This document shows, one piece after another, positions 28,468 to 37,666 of a stretch of 63,163 bases of DNA. Origin of the DNA: Candidatus Micrarchaeota archaeon (GTDB lineage: Archaea; Micrarchaeota; Micrarchaeia; Micrarchaeales; CABMGC01); assembly GCA_028867435.1 (NCBI GenBank), contig JAGWGI010000004.1:1-63163 (forward strand). The letters run 5' to 3'. Positions within the stretch are counted from its first letter, which is position 1; each line of letters starts with the position of its first letter. The notes beneath the pieces were generated by a model. It searched no databases. It was not told the origin of the DNA and saw only the letters and a program-made list of their open reading frames with translations. The position numbers and the translations under genes are program-made.

Positions 28468-29106
28468 ATGCACTCTTTGCTTGATGATTTTGACCTGTTC
28501 ATCTTCGACTGGGACGGGACGCTCAGCACATCCACGGCACTGGTTAGGGTGAGCCACTTCTTCAAAAGACGGTACAACCCCCAATACATACGGAGACACC
28601 TTGATGAGTTCAGGCAGCCAAAGAGGATAGACGCGCAGTTCAATGCCGAGCAGGCCCGAGCAGCTGACTTTGCATATACGATATACACTTTTTTCGTCAG
28701 GCCGAGGCTTAGGGAGGGCGCGATAGAGGTGCTTGAGACCCTCAAGAGAAAAAACAAGAAGGTAGCGCTCTTCAGCGACGGCGCAAGGCAGCGGGTGGAG
28801 AACGAGGTGAGGAATCTGGGAGTAGAAAAGTACTTCGATTTCATCGTCAGCGCCCAGACTCTAAACGCGTACAAGCCCAACCCCACCGGCATAGAAGCTG
28901 CGATAAGGGAGGCCAGCATCAGGAAAGCGAGAAGCCTCTACCTCGGAGATATGGCAATAGACATCTTCACCGCGAGGTTCGCAAAGGTGAAGTGCTGTGC
29001 AATAGGAAATGGCCTGGACCCCTACGATAAGCTGGTCGCATGCAAGCCAGATTACATCTTCCAGAGCACCCACGCCCTGCTTAAGAGCCTTGGGAAGGAG
29101 AAGTAG
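28468..29106 (+). CDS. HAD-superfamily hydrolase (phosphoglycolate phosphatase-like)
   Basis: FIFDWDGTL, KPNPTG, YLGDMAID. Confidence 0.9.
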   Translation: MHSLLDDFDLFIFDWDGTLSTSTALVRVSHFFKRRYNPQYIRRHLDEFRQPKRIDAQFNAEQARAADFAYTIYTFFVRPRLREGAIEVLETLKRKNKKVALFSDGARQRVENEVRNLGVEKYFDFIVSAQTLNAYKPNPTGIEAAIREASIRKARSLYLGDMAIDIFTARFAKVKCCAIGNGLDPYDKLVACKPDYIFQSTHALLKSLGKEK

Positions 29107-29409
29107 GACGGCAAGCTTTAAAACATTCAACCCCGCCCAAAACCTTTCCGCATCGGTGACACTCAACTACCTTAGCCGGCCTGTGCAAAACAAAAGATGG
29201 GAGGAATGGTCCTAATAGCAGGCTTCACAAACAATCTGGGCTACTGGCCATTCGAGCCATTCTTCAAGCAGACTTCCTGCAAAGTGAGGACAGGCAGGCT
29301 TCTCCTCGGCAAATCGCGATACCGATAGATTTATAAAGCAGAAACCACCTAATAAATTTGAGTAGGTAAAGCGTGTCAAAAGCGCTAATTCTACAGAGGA
29401 AAAATAAAT

Positions 29410-29784
29410 ATGGACAGAGACAGCGGTATGGGCAGAGACAGATATGAAAGAAGGTCAGGCGGAGGAGAAAGGAGAGGAGGAATGGGCATAAAGCCAAACT
29501 ATTTCCTACCCAAGCCTGTGAAAGTGGGCGACGTGGTCGACGTAACAATCGAGGCGGTCGCATCCAAGGGAGACGGCATTGCAAAGAAGGACGGTTTCGT
29601 TATCTTTGTAGCAGGTGCAAAGCAGGGTGACACAGTACAAGTGAAGATCACCGATGTCAAGGCCAGGTTCGCAATAGGCGAGATGACCGGAACAGCAGCA
29701 TCTGCACCAGCAGCGGCACCTGAAGAGCCTTCAGGAGAGGGCTCGGAAGAGTCTTCAGAAGAATCGGAAGAAGCAGAAGCATAA
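29410..29784 (+). CDS. Single TRAM-domain RNA chaperone with RGG-rich N-terminus and acidic tail
   Basis: KPVKVGDVVDVTIEAVASKGDGIAKKDGFVIFVAGAKQGD. Confidence 0.9.
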   Translation: MDRDSGMGRDRYERRSGGGERRGGMGIKPNYFLPKPVKVGDVVDVTIEAVASKGDGIAKKDGFVIFVAGAKQGDTVQVKITDVKARFAIGEMTGTAASAPAAAPEEPSGEGSEESSEESEEAEA

Positions 29785-29827
29785 TTTCTTCTCTTCTTTT
29801 TTATTTTTTTATTTTCTCCTTTTATTT
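29785..29827 (+). terminator. Oligo-T archaeal terminator
   Basis: Long T tracts immediately after the TRAM gene stop codon. Confidence 0.65.
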
Positions 29828-29853
29828 AAAATCGAGGTAGCGCAAGCCTTCAC

Positions 29854-30972
29854 TCAATGCATGCTTCTTATGCTCGCCTTTATCAATTCGCTCTGGCCGA
29901 CGAAGTTCTTGTTGAGCGTCTCAAAATCCTCAGCGTCCATCGCCATCCAGACATTGTTCCTATAGTCTACGATCTCACCGAGGTATATGTCCTCGATGCT
30001 GTTTAGGTGGGCCATATAAGACCTCATGGTTTTCCTAAGTGACTCCTGCACAGTCAAGTCGGCAATCTGCATACAATCCCTAAGTCCGCTAATGTTTCTA
30101 ACAAGTCCCAAAGCTATCTCTTCCACTTTTTTGTATAGCGCATGGTCAATTGACGCTATCTCCTCGGAAACCTTTTTGCCCATCGCTTCATAGTCAAATT
30201 TTTTAACGCTCCGGTCCCTTGCCAGCAAGGCCTCTGCGGCATCGCGCAGCGCATCAGGCAATCCGGAGGCTTCTATGCCTATCTGTTCATGGCATGACTG
30301 CTTCCACTTGACTATCCCCTGCCTGTTGTTGACGTATGTGACTGTGGCCCTGCTCCTCTCATCGTTTGTCGCTGTGAAAGGCTCGCCCTTTGGTCCCTCG
30401 CTTGCAATCTCGCTCTTGAGTGTAGGAGTCAGCGATACGACATAGTGGTTCACTCCCCCCTCAACAGACACCCTCTCGCCTGCCGACTGCACAACAATTT
30501 TCTCCCCATCATCCCCAAGCATGTACCATACGCCAGTACCTGATACCATATGGAAGTTAACAGAACCCGGATGCGAATGTCCGCCCCTTGCGTACCCCGG
30601 ATTTGTAACAAGGAAGTTGTAAATCTCAACCCCCCTATACTCTGCAATGTAGATGCCACCTCTCTCATCTTTCTGTACTTCTGAAATCCTGAGCAGAGGT
30701 GCATCCTTCCTTTCCCCCTTGAGGGGTTCTGCGTACTTGAAATTGTATCCTAGGACGCTATCTCCGCTCGCCCAGATGGCTATTGCCTTAATTCCACTGC
30801 CTGTTGCCTTAAGGTCAAATACCCTCGTGCCATTGAAGATTATCTGATAAGTGGTATCATGCCACCAATCTGATACCCTCTTTGCCACGAACAATTCCGG
30901 TTTCTGCCCCGATCCGATCGCCCTGGCCTCACCGAACTCTGGCGCAATCCTTTGCCTCGCACTGCCCTGCAT
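29854..30972 (-). CDS. Cupin-domain hypothetical protein
   Basis: RGGHSHP..NFHMVSG.G and GERVSVEGGVNHY cupin motifs in the centre of the ORF. Confidence 0.6.
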   Translation of the reverse strand: MQGSARQRIAPEFGEARAIGSGQKPELFVAKRVSDWWHDTTYQIIFNGTRVFDLKATGSGIKAIAIWASGDSVLGYNFKYAEPLKGERKDAPLLRISEVQKDERGGIYIAEYRGVEIYNFLVTNPGYARGGHSHPGSVNFHMVSGTGVWYMLGDDGEKIVVQSAGERVSVEGGVNHYVVSLTPTLKSEIASEGPKGEPFTATNDERSRATVTYVNNRQGIVKWKQSCHEQIGIEASGLPDALRDAAEALLARDRSVKKFDYEAMGKKVSEEIASIDHALYKKVEEIALGLVRNISGLRDCMQIADLTVQESLRKTMRSYMAHLNSIEDIYLGEIVDYRNNVWMAMDAEDFETLNKNFVGQSELIKASIRSMH

Positions 30973-31054
30973 TTGATCAAGATGCTTCTAATTTGGCATT
31001 TTAAATAGCTGCCTCATTGTTCGTCTAATTAGAAGCTATGAGAAGAAGATAAGT

Positions 31055-31313
31055 GGCAGCGGCTAGCCTTGCATTACACAGCCCTGAAGAGTTTACCACG
31101 CATCCACTCCGCCCCGTATCTCTAGAGCATAGAAGGCATAGACTTAGGGTTGCTCCTTCCGGCCTGGCCCGGTTCGAATATGCAACTACCACTAGAGGCG
31201 AAACATCGACGCTTCAGCGTGGGCTCCGCAGCACCGTGCAACACTCGACTAGCATTAGGCCCGCCTGAAGGGGATTTGCGGATGGGAAACCCCTAGCTTC
31301 CCGCCCTGCTGCC
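31055..31313 (-). ncRNA. ffs: Signal recognition particle (7S) RNA
   Basis: Helix-8 signature GGGCCAGGCCGGAAGGAGCAACCC; complementary ends GGCAGC/GCTGCC. Confidence 0.92.
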
Positions 31314-31426
31314 AATACTATTTGCGCTCAAGCATTTAAGAAGTGTTGGTTTTAGCGGAACTGTGCAATTATACGAAAGTGTAGTTGAGTTATTTATAGT
31401 CTAAAGTGCCAGCACATCATGGGTAC

Positions 31427-31675
31427 ATGACAAAGAGTGCACTTCATATTTATGTGAAGAAGAGCTCCGGAAAGGAGTACGTCTACGGCCAAGTTAACGG
31501 CGTGGAGAGATACCTCTATCCCAAGGGTGGGTTGCAAAAGCTCAACAAGAAAAATCTGATGCGACTAGTCGAGGCGCTAAATGCGAAGGAAGGTTTTGAA
31601 CTAAAGGAGAACAAAAAGGCCAGAAACCAGCTCCTCTCGCTCTTTTCAGGGGCAAAAAGGCCAAGCACTCAATAG
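31427..31675 (+). CDS. Small basic hypothetical protein
   Basis: YVKKSSGKEYVY..ERYL beta-hairpin-like motif; TTTATA box upstream. Confidence 0.55.
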   Translation: MTKSALHIYVKKSSGKEYVYGQVNGVERYLYPKGGLQKLNKKNLMRLVEALNAKEGFELKENKKARNQLLSLFSGAKRPSTQ

Positions 31676-31722
31676 TAGAATGCTTTATTAACCTTAGAAG
31701 CGATATTATTTGAGGGTTTTCT

Positions 31723-32136
31723 GTGGATACAAACTACGAGAAGCTACTGGACAGGGCGTTCGCCAAACTGCCCAGCCTATCTGCTGAGAACGTCGATTTC
31801 AAGATCCCCGTCGCGGACTCGATAGTGCAGGGGCCCAAGACTGTGCTCAAGAACTTCGGACAGATTGCAGATGTAGCGAGGAGGGACAAGGAGGATATAG
31901 CAAGGTACATGACCAAGGAGATGGCAGCACCGGTGGTGGTGGAAGAGCAGAGGCTGATAATCAGCGCGAAGGTGAATCCCGAAGTGGTGAACGCAAAGAT
32001 TAAGAAGTACTTCGAGGTATATGTCATCTGCAAGGAGTGCCACAAGCCCGACACCCACATCGAATCAGTCACAAGGGGCTTCCTCACAATAGTGTGCGAG
32101 GCCTGTGGAGCAAGGTACACAATCAAGCATTCTTAG
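31723..32136 (+). CDS. eif2b: Translation initiation factor aIF-2 beta
   Basis: YEKLLDRA, KTVLKNF, YVICKECHKPDT..CEACGA. Confidence 0.95.
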   Translation: MDTNYEKLLDRAFAKLPSLSAENVDFKIPVADSIVQGPKTVLKNFGQIADVARRDKEDIARYMTKEMAAPVVVEEQRLIISAKVNPEVVNAKIKKYFEVYVICKECHKPDTHIESVTRGFLTIVCEACGARYTIKHS

Positions 32137-32143
32137 TGTTTTA

Positions 32144-32446
32144 ATGAGTTTCCAGAAAAAGAACCAGAACGTTGAGTACAGCACTCCCATGCCAAGGCCT
32201 GACGAAGTCATAGGAAGCGTGAGGAGGGCTCTCGGGGCATCGAAGTTCGAGGTTGCATGTTCTGACGAGAACATCAGGGTCTGCTCCATCCCGGGAAGGC
32301 TAAAGAGGCGTTTTTGGGTGAAGGAAGGGGACGTGGTGCTTGTAAAGCCCTGGGTGGTGCAGAGCAACGAGCGCGGGGACATAACATGGAGATATAGCAT
32401 AATGGACAAGGAGAAGCTCAAGGGTAGGGGTATAAAGATACCCTGA
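32144..32446 (+). CDS. eif1a: Translation initiation factor aIF-1A
   Basis: LGASKFEVACSD..RVCSIPGRLKRRFWVKEGDVVLV.PW..GDI.WRY. Confidence 0.95.
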   Translation: MSFQKKNQNVEYSTPMPRPDEVIGSVRRALGASKFEVACSDENIRVCSIPGRLKRRFWVKEGDVVLVKPWVVQSNERGDITWRYSIMDKEKLKGRGIKIP

Positions 32447-33247
32447 CTAGCCAACCATCTTGCTAAGCTGCTGCCTCACTATATCACTGTATATCCCGTA
32501 CCAAGTTGTCTTGTCCCTCTCGATCCTGGCCCCAGGTATGCGTTTTAGCTCCTTCATCATCTTCTTTAGCTGCTCCATGTTCTTCTTGGCTTCAAAAGGG
32601 TTATCTGGTTTATCAAAGGCACGTGGCATCTCTATGTAGCGATCGCACAGGCTGTTCATGTTCTTGATCCCAAACTCTTTTTGCAGCTTCTCTGCATTCA
32701 TATCGCCCATAAGGACAAGAAACACCCTAGGATTTTCCTGGTGCATTATCTCCATCTTTCGAACCTTGAGCAACTCCTTTTGCCTTGCAAATTTCTGCCT
32801 TGCCTGATCCCCATGTATCTCCTTTCCCCGTATGTGCTCGAAACCCTTTGCCTCTATCATGAGGATTTTATTTCTTGTAACCTGATCGTTTTCGCCTCTC
32901 TCCCTTATTATCGCGTTCAATCCCAGATCTATCCTGCAAATCCTGCCAATACTCTCTATGTAAAAAGGAACCGGCTGGTAAAGGAGAGAAAAACCGGTGC
33001 GCATTGCAGCCTCGCTTATCTTCATCTCTACTACGCTTCTAGGGCGAGCGTTTGTCTTGCCGGTTATTATGTTGCTCCCCGAAAGCAAAAGCCTGTTTGA
33101 CTCAGGCGCGATTTTCGCGATAATGTCTAGGGTCTCCTTCCTCTGAATCTTGCTCAAGAATCTTGGGGAATTAGGTGCATCGGTGTAGAGCTCAAGCAAG
33201 GTGGCTCCTCGCCCCCGCCTCCTTGCCCCAGAGACGCCTGTGCGCAT
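32447..33247 (-). CDS. Hypothetical protein, possible PD-(D/E)XK nuclease fold
   Basis: E...YQP...RIDL...LMIEAKG pattern; otherwise unrecognised. Confidence 0.55.
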   Translation of the reverse strand: MRTGVSGARRRGRGATLLELYTDAPNSPRFLSKIQRKETLDIIAKIAPESNRLLLSGSNIITGKTNARPRSVVEMKISEAAMRTGFSLLYQPVPFYIESIGRICRIDLGLNAIIRERGENDQVTRNKILMIEAKGFEHIRGKEIHGDQARQKFARQKELLKVRKMEIMHQENPRVFLVLMGDMNAEKLQKEFGIKNMNSLCDRYIEMPRAFDKPDNPFEAKKNMEQLKKMMKELKRIPGARIERDKTTWYGIYSDIVRQQLSKMVG

Positions 33248-33269
33248 ATGAAATATTTGATTGAAAACC

Positions 33270-34049
33270 TTATAAGCTGTATGTCTTATTTTTTCCAGTC
33301 ACGTAGTCGTACGCACCTTCAGGATCAGTTTCGAACCTATATTTTCTCTGGAAGTATTTGGTTATGTTGTAGACGTCCCTTCGCAAAAACATCATCGCGT
33401 TAGGGTGCTTTGCGATCACAGCCTGTCCGAAATCAATCATGTAGGGCACTGCATCCTTCATCAAGATATTGTACTCGCTCACGTCCGCATGGACAAGCTC
33501 GTATTCGTAGAGCTTCTTGATGTCCTTTATTATCGCCTTCAGAACCCGCTTGGGGTTCTCGACAAAAACGTCCTTGAGCTTGGGTGCAAGGTTGTCTGAG
33601 TCGCCAAGGAACTCCATCGCGAGCACGTTGCCAGCGAAATAATAAGGAATGGGGGCGTGAATCTTTGCCGCATGGGCGATCTTGAGGTTACCGAACTCCT
33701 TTTTGCACCACTCGTTGACTATCCAGAAGAGGCTTTTCTTTATCTTCGGGAAGCGCGGGTCACCTATCATGTACTCAACCCTGTTGTGGAAGCTAGATGT
33801 CTCTATCCTGAAGATCTTGACCGCAACGTATTCGGCTTTCACCTCCTCACCTGCATTTCCGAGATAGACGTTTCCCTCCTTCCCTTTTGCTATTATGAAC
33901 CTGAGCGCAGAGATTATCTTGTGCGTGAAGAGTTTGCTGAGCATCATCATTGTCCTGTTGTCGAAGACACCCTCCTCTATCTTGAGCTGCTCGCTGAGCA
34001 TATAGTCCTCCCTGCCAGACCTCTTCCTCTTGCTCACCCTGCGGGCCAT
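33270..34049 (-). CDS. rio1: RIO1 serine/threonine kinase
   Basis: GKEGNVY, AVKIFR, KEFGNL, VHADVSEYNIL, IDFGQAV. Confidence 0.95.
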   Translation of the reverse strand: MARRVSKRKRSGREDYMLSEQLKIEEGVFDNRTMMMLSKLFTHKIISALRFIIAKGKEGNVYLGNAGEEVKAEYVAVKIFRIETSSFHNRVEYMIGDPRFPKIKKSLFWIVNEWCKKEFGNLKIAHAAKIHAPIPYYFAGNVLAMEFLGDSDNLAPKLKDVFVENPKRVLKAIIKDIKKLYEYELVHADVSEYNILMKDAVPYMIDFGQAVIAKHPNAMMFLRRDVYNITKYFQRKYRFETDPEGAYDYVTGKNKTYSL

Positions 34050-34134
34050 AAAATCAAGATATACGATAAGTCTGCTTCTAGAGTTATAAAGCAATTGGAT
34101 AGGCATTTATGTTTTAATGGGGTAATGGCACAGT

Positions 34135-34779
34135 ATGCAGCCTCCTAAGATAATCATAGACAACAGGGAGAGGAACCTTGACATAATACAAGGCCTGGAG
34201 GAAAGCGGGGCGATGCTCACTTTTGCGCAGCTCCCTGTGGGAGACTACATACTGTCCAACAGAATCTGCATCGAGAGGAAAACCACATCTGATCTGGAGG
34301 GATCGATAATAAATGCGAGGCTCTTCGACCAGCTAGAGAGGCTCAAGGCGAGTTTCGAGAAGCCCATGGTAATCATAGAGGGGAACGGATTCAGGCTAGG
34401 GAGCAATGTCATACTCGGAACCGCCCTGAAAGTCTACATAGACTACGGTATACCGATCCTCTGGTCGAATGACGCGATGGAAACAGCTGACATTCTCGCC
34501 GCCATATCCCGCAGGGAGCAAGAGCACAAGCAGCACGAGCCCAGGATTTCAGGTTTGAAGAAGGCACATTCGGAAGGTGAGTGGCAACTACTTATTCTAA
34601 GCTCAATACCAGGGGTCGGGCTGAAGCTCGCCAGGAACCTGCTGGGCCGCTTCAAGAGCATAAGAGGCATAGTCACCGCAGACATCAAGGAGCTCACCGA
34701 GACTGACAAGATAGGCGAGAAAAAGGCTCAGAGGATATACCAGATACTCAACGCCGAGTATGGCTCAGGGGAAAAATAA
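34135..34779 (+). CDS. xpf: Short-form XPF/ERCC4 nuclease with (HhH)2
   Basis: IIDNRE, LPVGDY, IERKT..DL, SIPGVG and KIGEKKA HhH motifs. Confidence 0.88.
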   Translation: MQPPKIIIDNRERNLDIIQGLEESGAMLTFAQLPVGDYILSNRICIERKTTSDLEGSIINARLFDQLERLKASFEKPMVIIEGNGFRLGSNVILGTALKVYIDYGIPILWSNDAMETADILAAISRREQEHKQHEPRISGLKKAHSEGEWQLLILSSIPGVGLKLARNLLGRFKSIRGIVTADIKELTETDKIGEKKAQRIYQILNAEYGSGEK

Positions 34780-35223
34780 TCAGGAATCAAGTATCGGAGT
34801 TATGGCAACCCTTGGCGCGATCTCTTTGCCCGGCACAAGCCCCACGAATCTGGGATTTTTTACATTCGCTATGCCCATGAACTCTCTTGCAACCCTCCTG
34901 CTGCTTGCAAGGCAGAGAAAATAGGAGGAGCTTGCAATCCCGCACTCCCTTATCGCGTTTGAGACGTTCATCTTTCCACTAACAAGCATCAGGATCTCCT
35001 TTGCAACGCTTTTCGATCTGAGAATGCCCTCATGGCGCCTTACCATTGCGCCAAGATACGCCGGTAGTAACCTTGGATAGATCTCAGCTCTTGCATCGAA
35101 GAGCTCTACGAAGCCCTCCTTTTGGGAGAGCTCAGCTGCGTATTTTATCAGCTCTGCTATGCCCATCTCCGAGGAGCCTGTAAAGCACACTGGCGTGCCG
35201 AGTTTAACTAGAGACATTGCCAT
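34780..35223 (-). CDS. cgi121: KEOPS subunit Cgi121-like protein
   Basis: ELFDA..A...A....G..RSKSVAKEILMLVSGKMNVSNAIRECGI pattern; start moved downstream from the ORF-track call. Confidence 0.65.
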   Translation of the reverse strand: MAMSLVKLGTPVCFTGSSEMGIAELIKYAAELSQKEGFVELFDARAEIYPRLLPAYLGAMVRRHEGILRSKSVAKEILMLVSGKMNVSNAIRECGIASSSYFLCLASSRRVAREFMGIANVKNPRFVGLVPGKEIAPRVAITPILDS

Positions 35224-35445
35224 TACCAAAAGTATCGTGCGAATAGGGTGCAGACTAGAGAAGATTAGACATTGAGGGTAAAGTACCCCTTTCCAATGCT
35301 CCGGTGGCGGTTCCCATACACTATAGTGTGAAATCTTGATTATATAGTCCTTCTCTCCAACTTCGCCGCGCCATATGAAAACGGTTATATTTCTTTCCGA
35401 GCATATAATATATGGCTTTTTATTAAGCCTGTTTTGAGTGATTAG

Positions 35446-35838
35446 ATGAGTCAGTTCGGTGTGCAGTTGCACACAAAACCCGCGCGAAAGCTATCGGGTT
35501 CGGGAAAGGGCAAGGTGTCTGGCAGGCACAGGAAGAGATACGAGGTCGGGGGGTACTTCATAGCCACGAAGCTTGGCGAGAAGAACGTAATAAAGCATGT
35601 AAGGGAAAGGGGAAGCACAAAGAAGGCCAAGCTCCAGCATGCAGGTTTTGCTAATCTGCTCACCAAGAACGGATACAAGAAGGTAAAGATAACTGCCGTC
35701 CTTGAATCAAAAGATAACAGAAACTTTGCAAGGCTCACGATAATAACCAAGGGTGCCGTGATCGACACAGAGCTTGGGAAGGCGATAGTAACCAACAGGT
35801 CTGGACGCGAAGGTAACGTCAACGCTCGCCTACTGTAG
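35446..35838 (+). CDS. rps8e: 30S ribosomal protein S8e
   Basis: RKRYEVG, KITAVLES..N.NFAR..IITKGAVIDTELGKAIVTNRSGREGNVNA. Confidence 0.95.
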   Translation: MSQFGVQLHTKPARKLSGSGKGKVSGRHRKRYEVGGYFIATKLGEKNVIKHVRERGSTKKAKLQHAGFANLLTKNGYKKVKITAVLESKDNRNFARLTIITKGAVIDTELGKAIVTNRSGREGNVNARLL

Positions 35839-36221
35839 TGGTGGCAATGCCTGCAAGAGTATACGTAGCGCAGATCTCAAAGCAGCAGGAACTGCGCAAG
35901 CTGGTTGCATACGACCCGTACCTAGACAATGCATTAAAAGAGGAAGACCTAAGCAAGATACGCGACGATGAGATGGCAAACATCATATTCGCAAGGCAGG
36001 ACTGCGTGATAAAGGAGGGGGCAGCTCTCAACCTCGAGAGGGAAAAGGTATATCTCTACATAAGCGCGACTGACGAATTCCTGGAGAAAGCCGACAAAAA
36101 GCTCAAAGCCCAAATTGAGGGAATTGAGCGCGCGGATCAGGAGATAGAGCAGAAGATAATAGCTACGATAAACGAGGAGCAGTCAAAGGCCGAGAGCGGT
36201 TTCGGGTTCATATTCGGCTGA
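35838..36221 (+). CDS. Hypothetical protein
   Basis: 127-aa acidic ORF coupled to rps8e, ending ESGFGFIFG. Confidence 0.75.
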   Translation: MVAMPARVYVAQISKQQELRKLVAYDPYLDNALKEEDLSKIRDDEMANIIFARQDCVIKEGAALNLEREKVYLYISATDEFLEKADKKLKAQIEGIERADQEIEQKIIATINEEQSKAESGFGFIFG

Positions 36222-36225
36222 TATA

Positions 36226-37131
36226 ATGATGCACTTCCTTAGCGCAGATGATGTTTCCAAACAGCAGGTGGAGGAAATATTCAAGATTGCCGACGAGCTC
36301 AAATTCGGGAAGACGGGACTTGAGCTAAAAGCCGGTGCAATAGCAGTTCTGCTGTTTGAAAAACCTTCCACAAGGACCATGATCTCATTCGAGGTCGCGA
36401 TGGCGCAGCTTGGCGGCAACTTCATCTACGTTGATTCTAGGACCACGCAGCTATCAAGAGGAGAGAGCTGGGCCGATACCTCCAAGGTCATGAGCAGCTA
36501 TGTAGACTTCATAATCCCAAGGCTGTTTAGGCACGACGATTTGCTCGAGATAGCCGCAAACTCCTCGGTGCCAGTGATAAACGCACTCACCGACCAGGAG
36601 CATCCCACTCAGGCCCTCGCAGACATCTACACGATAAGAGAGATAAAAAAGAGTCTCAAAGGCCTCAAGATTGCGCTGCTGGGCGATATAGGCAACAATA
36701 CCTTCAATTCGCTGATGATGATTGCCACAAAGCTGGGGATGGAAGTGGCGCTAATCGGGCCCAAAGGCTATTACCCCAACGCCAAGTTCCTCACCAAGGC
36801 GAAGGAGTACGGAATAGCAAAGGTCTATGACTCCATAGAAGAGGGGGTAGAGGGGTCAGACGTGCTCTACACCGATACGTTCATAAGCATGGGCGAGGAG
36901 ACCGAGGCCACCTTGAGAAGGAAGCTCTTCATGCCATACCAGCTCAACTTAAATGTTCTTGCGCTCGCAAACCCCAAGGCGGTAGTGATGCATCCGCTTC
37001 CAGCGCACAGGGGTGAGGAGATAACCGCAGAAGTGATCGACGGAAAGCAGAGTGTTGTCTTCCAGCAGGCAAAGAACAAGCTGCTGATTGAGAAGGCGAT
37101 AATACTCTACATTGCAGGCAAGGAGCTCTAG
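36226..37131 (+). CDS. argF: Ornithine carbamoyltransferase
   Basis: FEKPSTRT, HPTQALAD, YTD..SMG, MHPLP. Confidence 0.9.
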   Translation: MMHFLSADDVSKQQVEEIFKIADELKFGKTGLELKAGAIAVLLFEKPSTRTMISFEVAMAQLGGNFIYVDSRTTQLSRGESWADTSKVMSSYVDFIIPRLFRHDDLLEIAANSSVPVINALTDQEHPTQALADIYTIREIKKSLKGLKIALLGDIGNNTFNSLMMIATKLGMEVALIGPKGYYPNAKFLTKAKEYGIAKVYDSIEEGVEGSDVLYTDTFISMGEETEATLRRKLFMPYQLNLNVLALANPKAVVMHPLPAHRGEEITAEVIDGKQSVVFQQAKNKLLIEKAIILYIAGKEL

Positions 37132-37666
37132 GACCTCCCCCTGAAGTATTCCTTCATCATCGTCTTAAATCCGCCATCATGTTCTTTTTTCAGGGCCTTC
37201 TTCAATTCGCCTAAGGTGCAGAACTTTACAGATATTATCTCCTCTTTGTCTATTTTTAGATCACTAATCTTGTAGTCGCCCTTCACTTCGTAGAGCGTGG
37301 AAAATCTATCGTTCCTATGGCCTTTATCCCCACTTACTAAATGTTTCTTTGTTATTCTTTTGAATCTGTTGCGTGCTATTCTTATACCAAGTTCCTCTTT
37401 TGTCTCACGCATGGCCCCGTCCAAATAAGACTCATTGAATGGAAAGTGGCCTCCAGCCGAATAGTCTAGAAATTTGGGAAACCCATGCTCTTATCGTCCC
37501 TCGTCTGCACGAGCACCTCCCCGAGCCTGTTCACCAATAGTACCCCAACTTCCCTATGCAGCATTCCACCTGCATGGTTTTTACGCACATGCCTGCCTAT
37601 TACTCTATCATTCTCGTCGACTATCGCTATAATCTCTTTAGGATCATGGGGCGTGCTATTCATCAT
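37128..37666 (-). CDS. NUDIX hydrolase (IDI/YfcD-like) split by a -1 frameshift; pseudogene or recoded gene
   Basis: IVDEND.VIG..HREVGVLL..QTR in frame 0; LDYSAGGH..ESYLDGAMRETKEELGI (Nudix box) in the -1 frame. Confidence 0.8.

Noticed and set aside
31053-31268. 71-aa ORF on the + strand
   Set aside because: Antisense to the SRP RNA gene
35228-35373. RNase P RNA, 5S rRNA or cobalamin riboswitch
   Set aside because: Lacks the GAGGAAAGUCC and ACAnAA motifs, the 5S CCGAAC loop and the B12 box; kept only as an unknown structured candidate
37128-37666. Type 1 isopentenyl-diphosphate isomerase
   Set aside because: Has SAGGH in place of the catalytic Cys-containing motif, so it is called a generic NUDIX hydrolase
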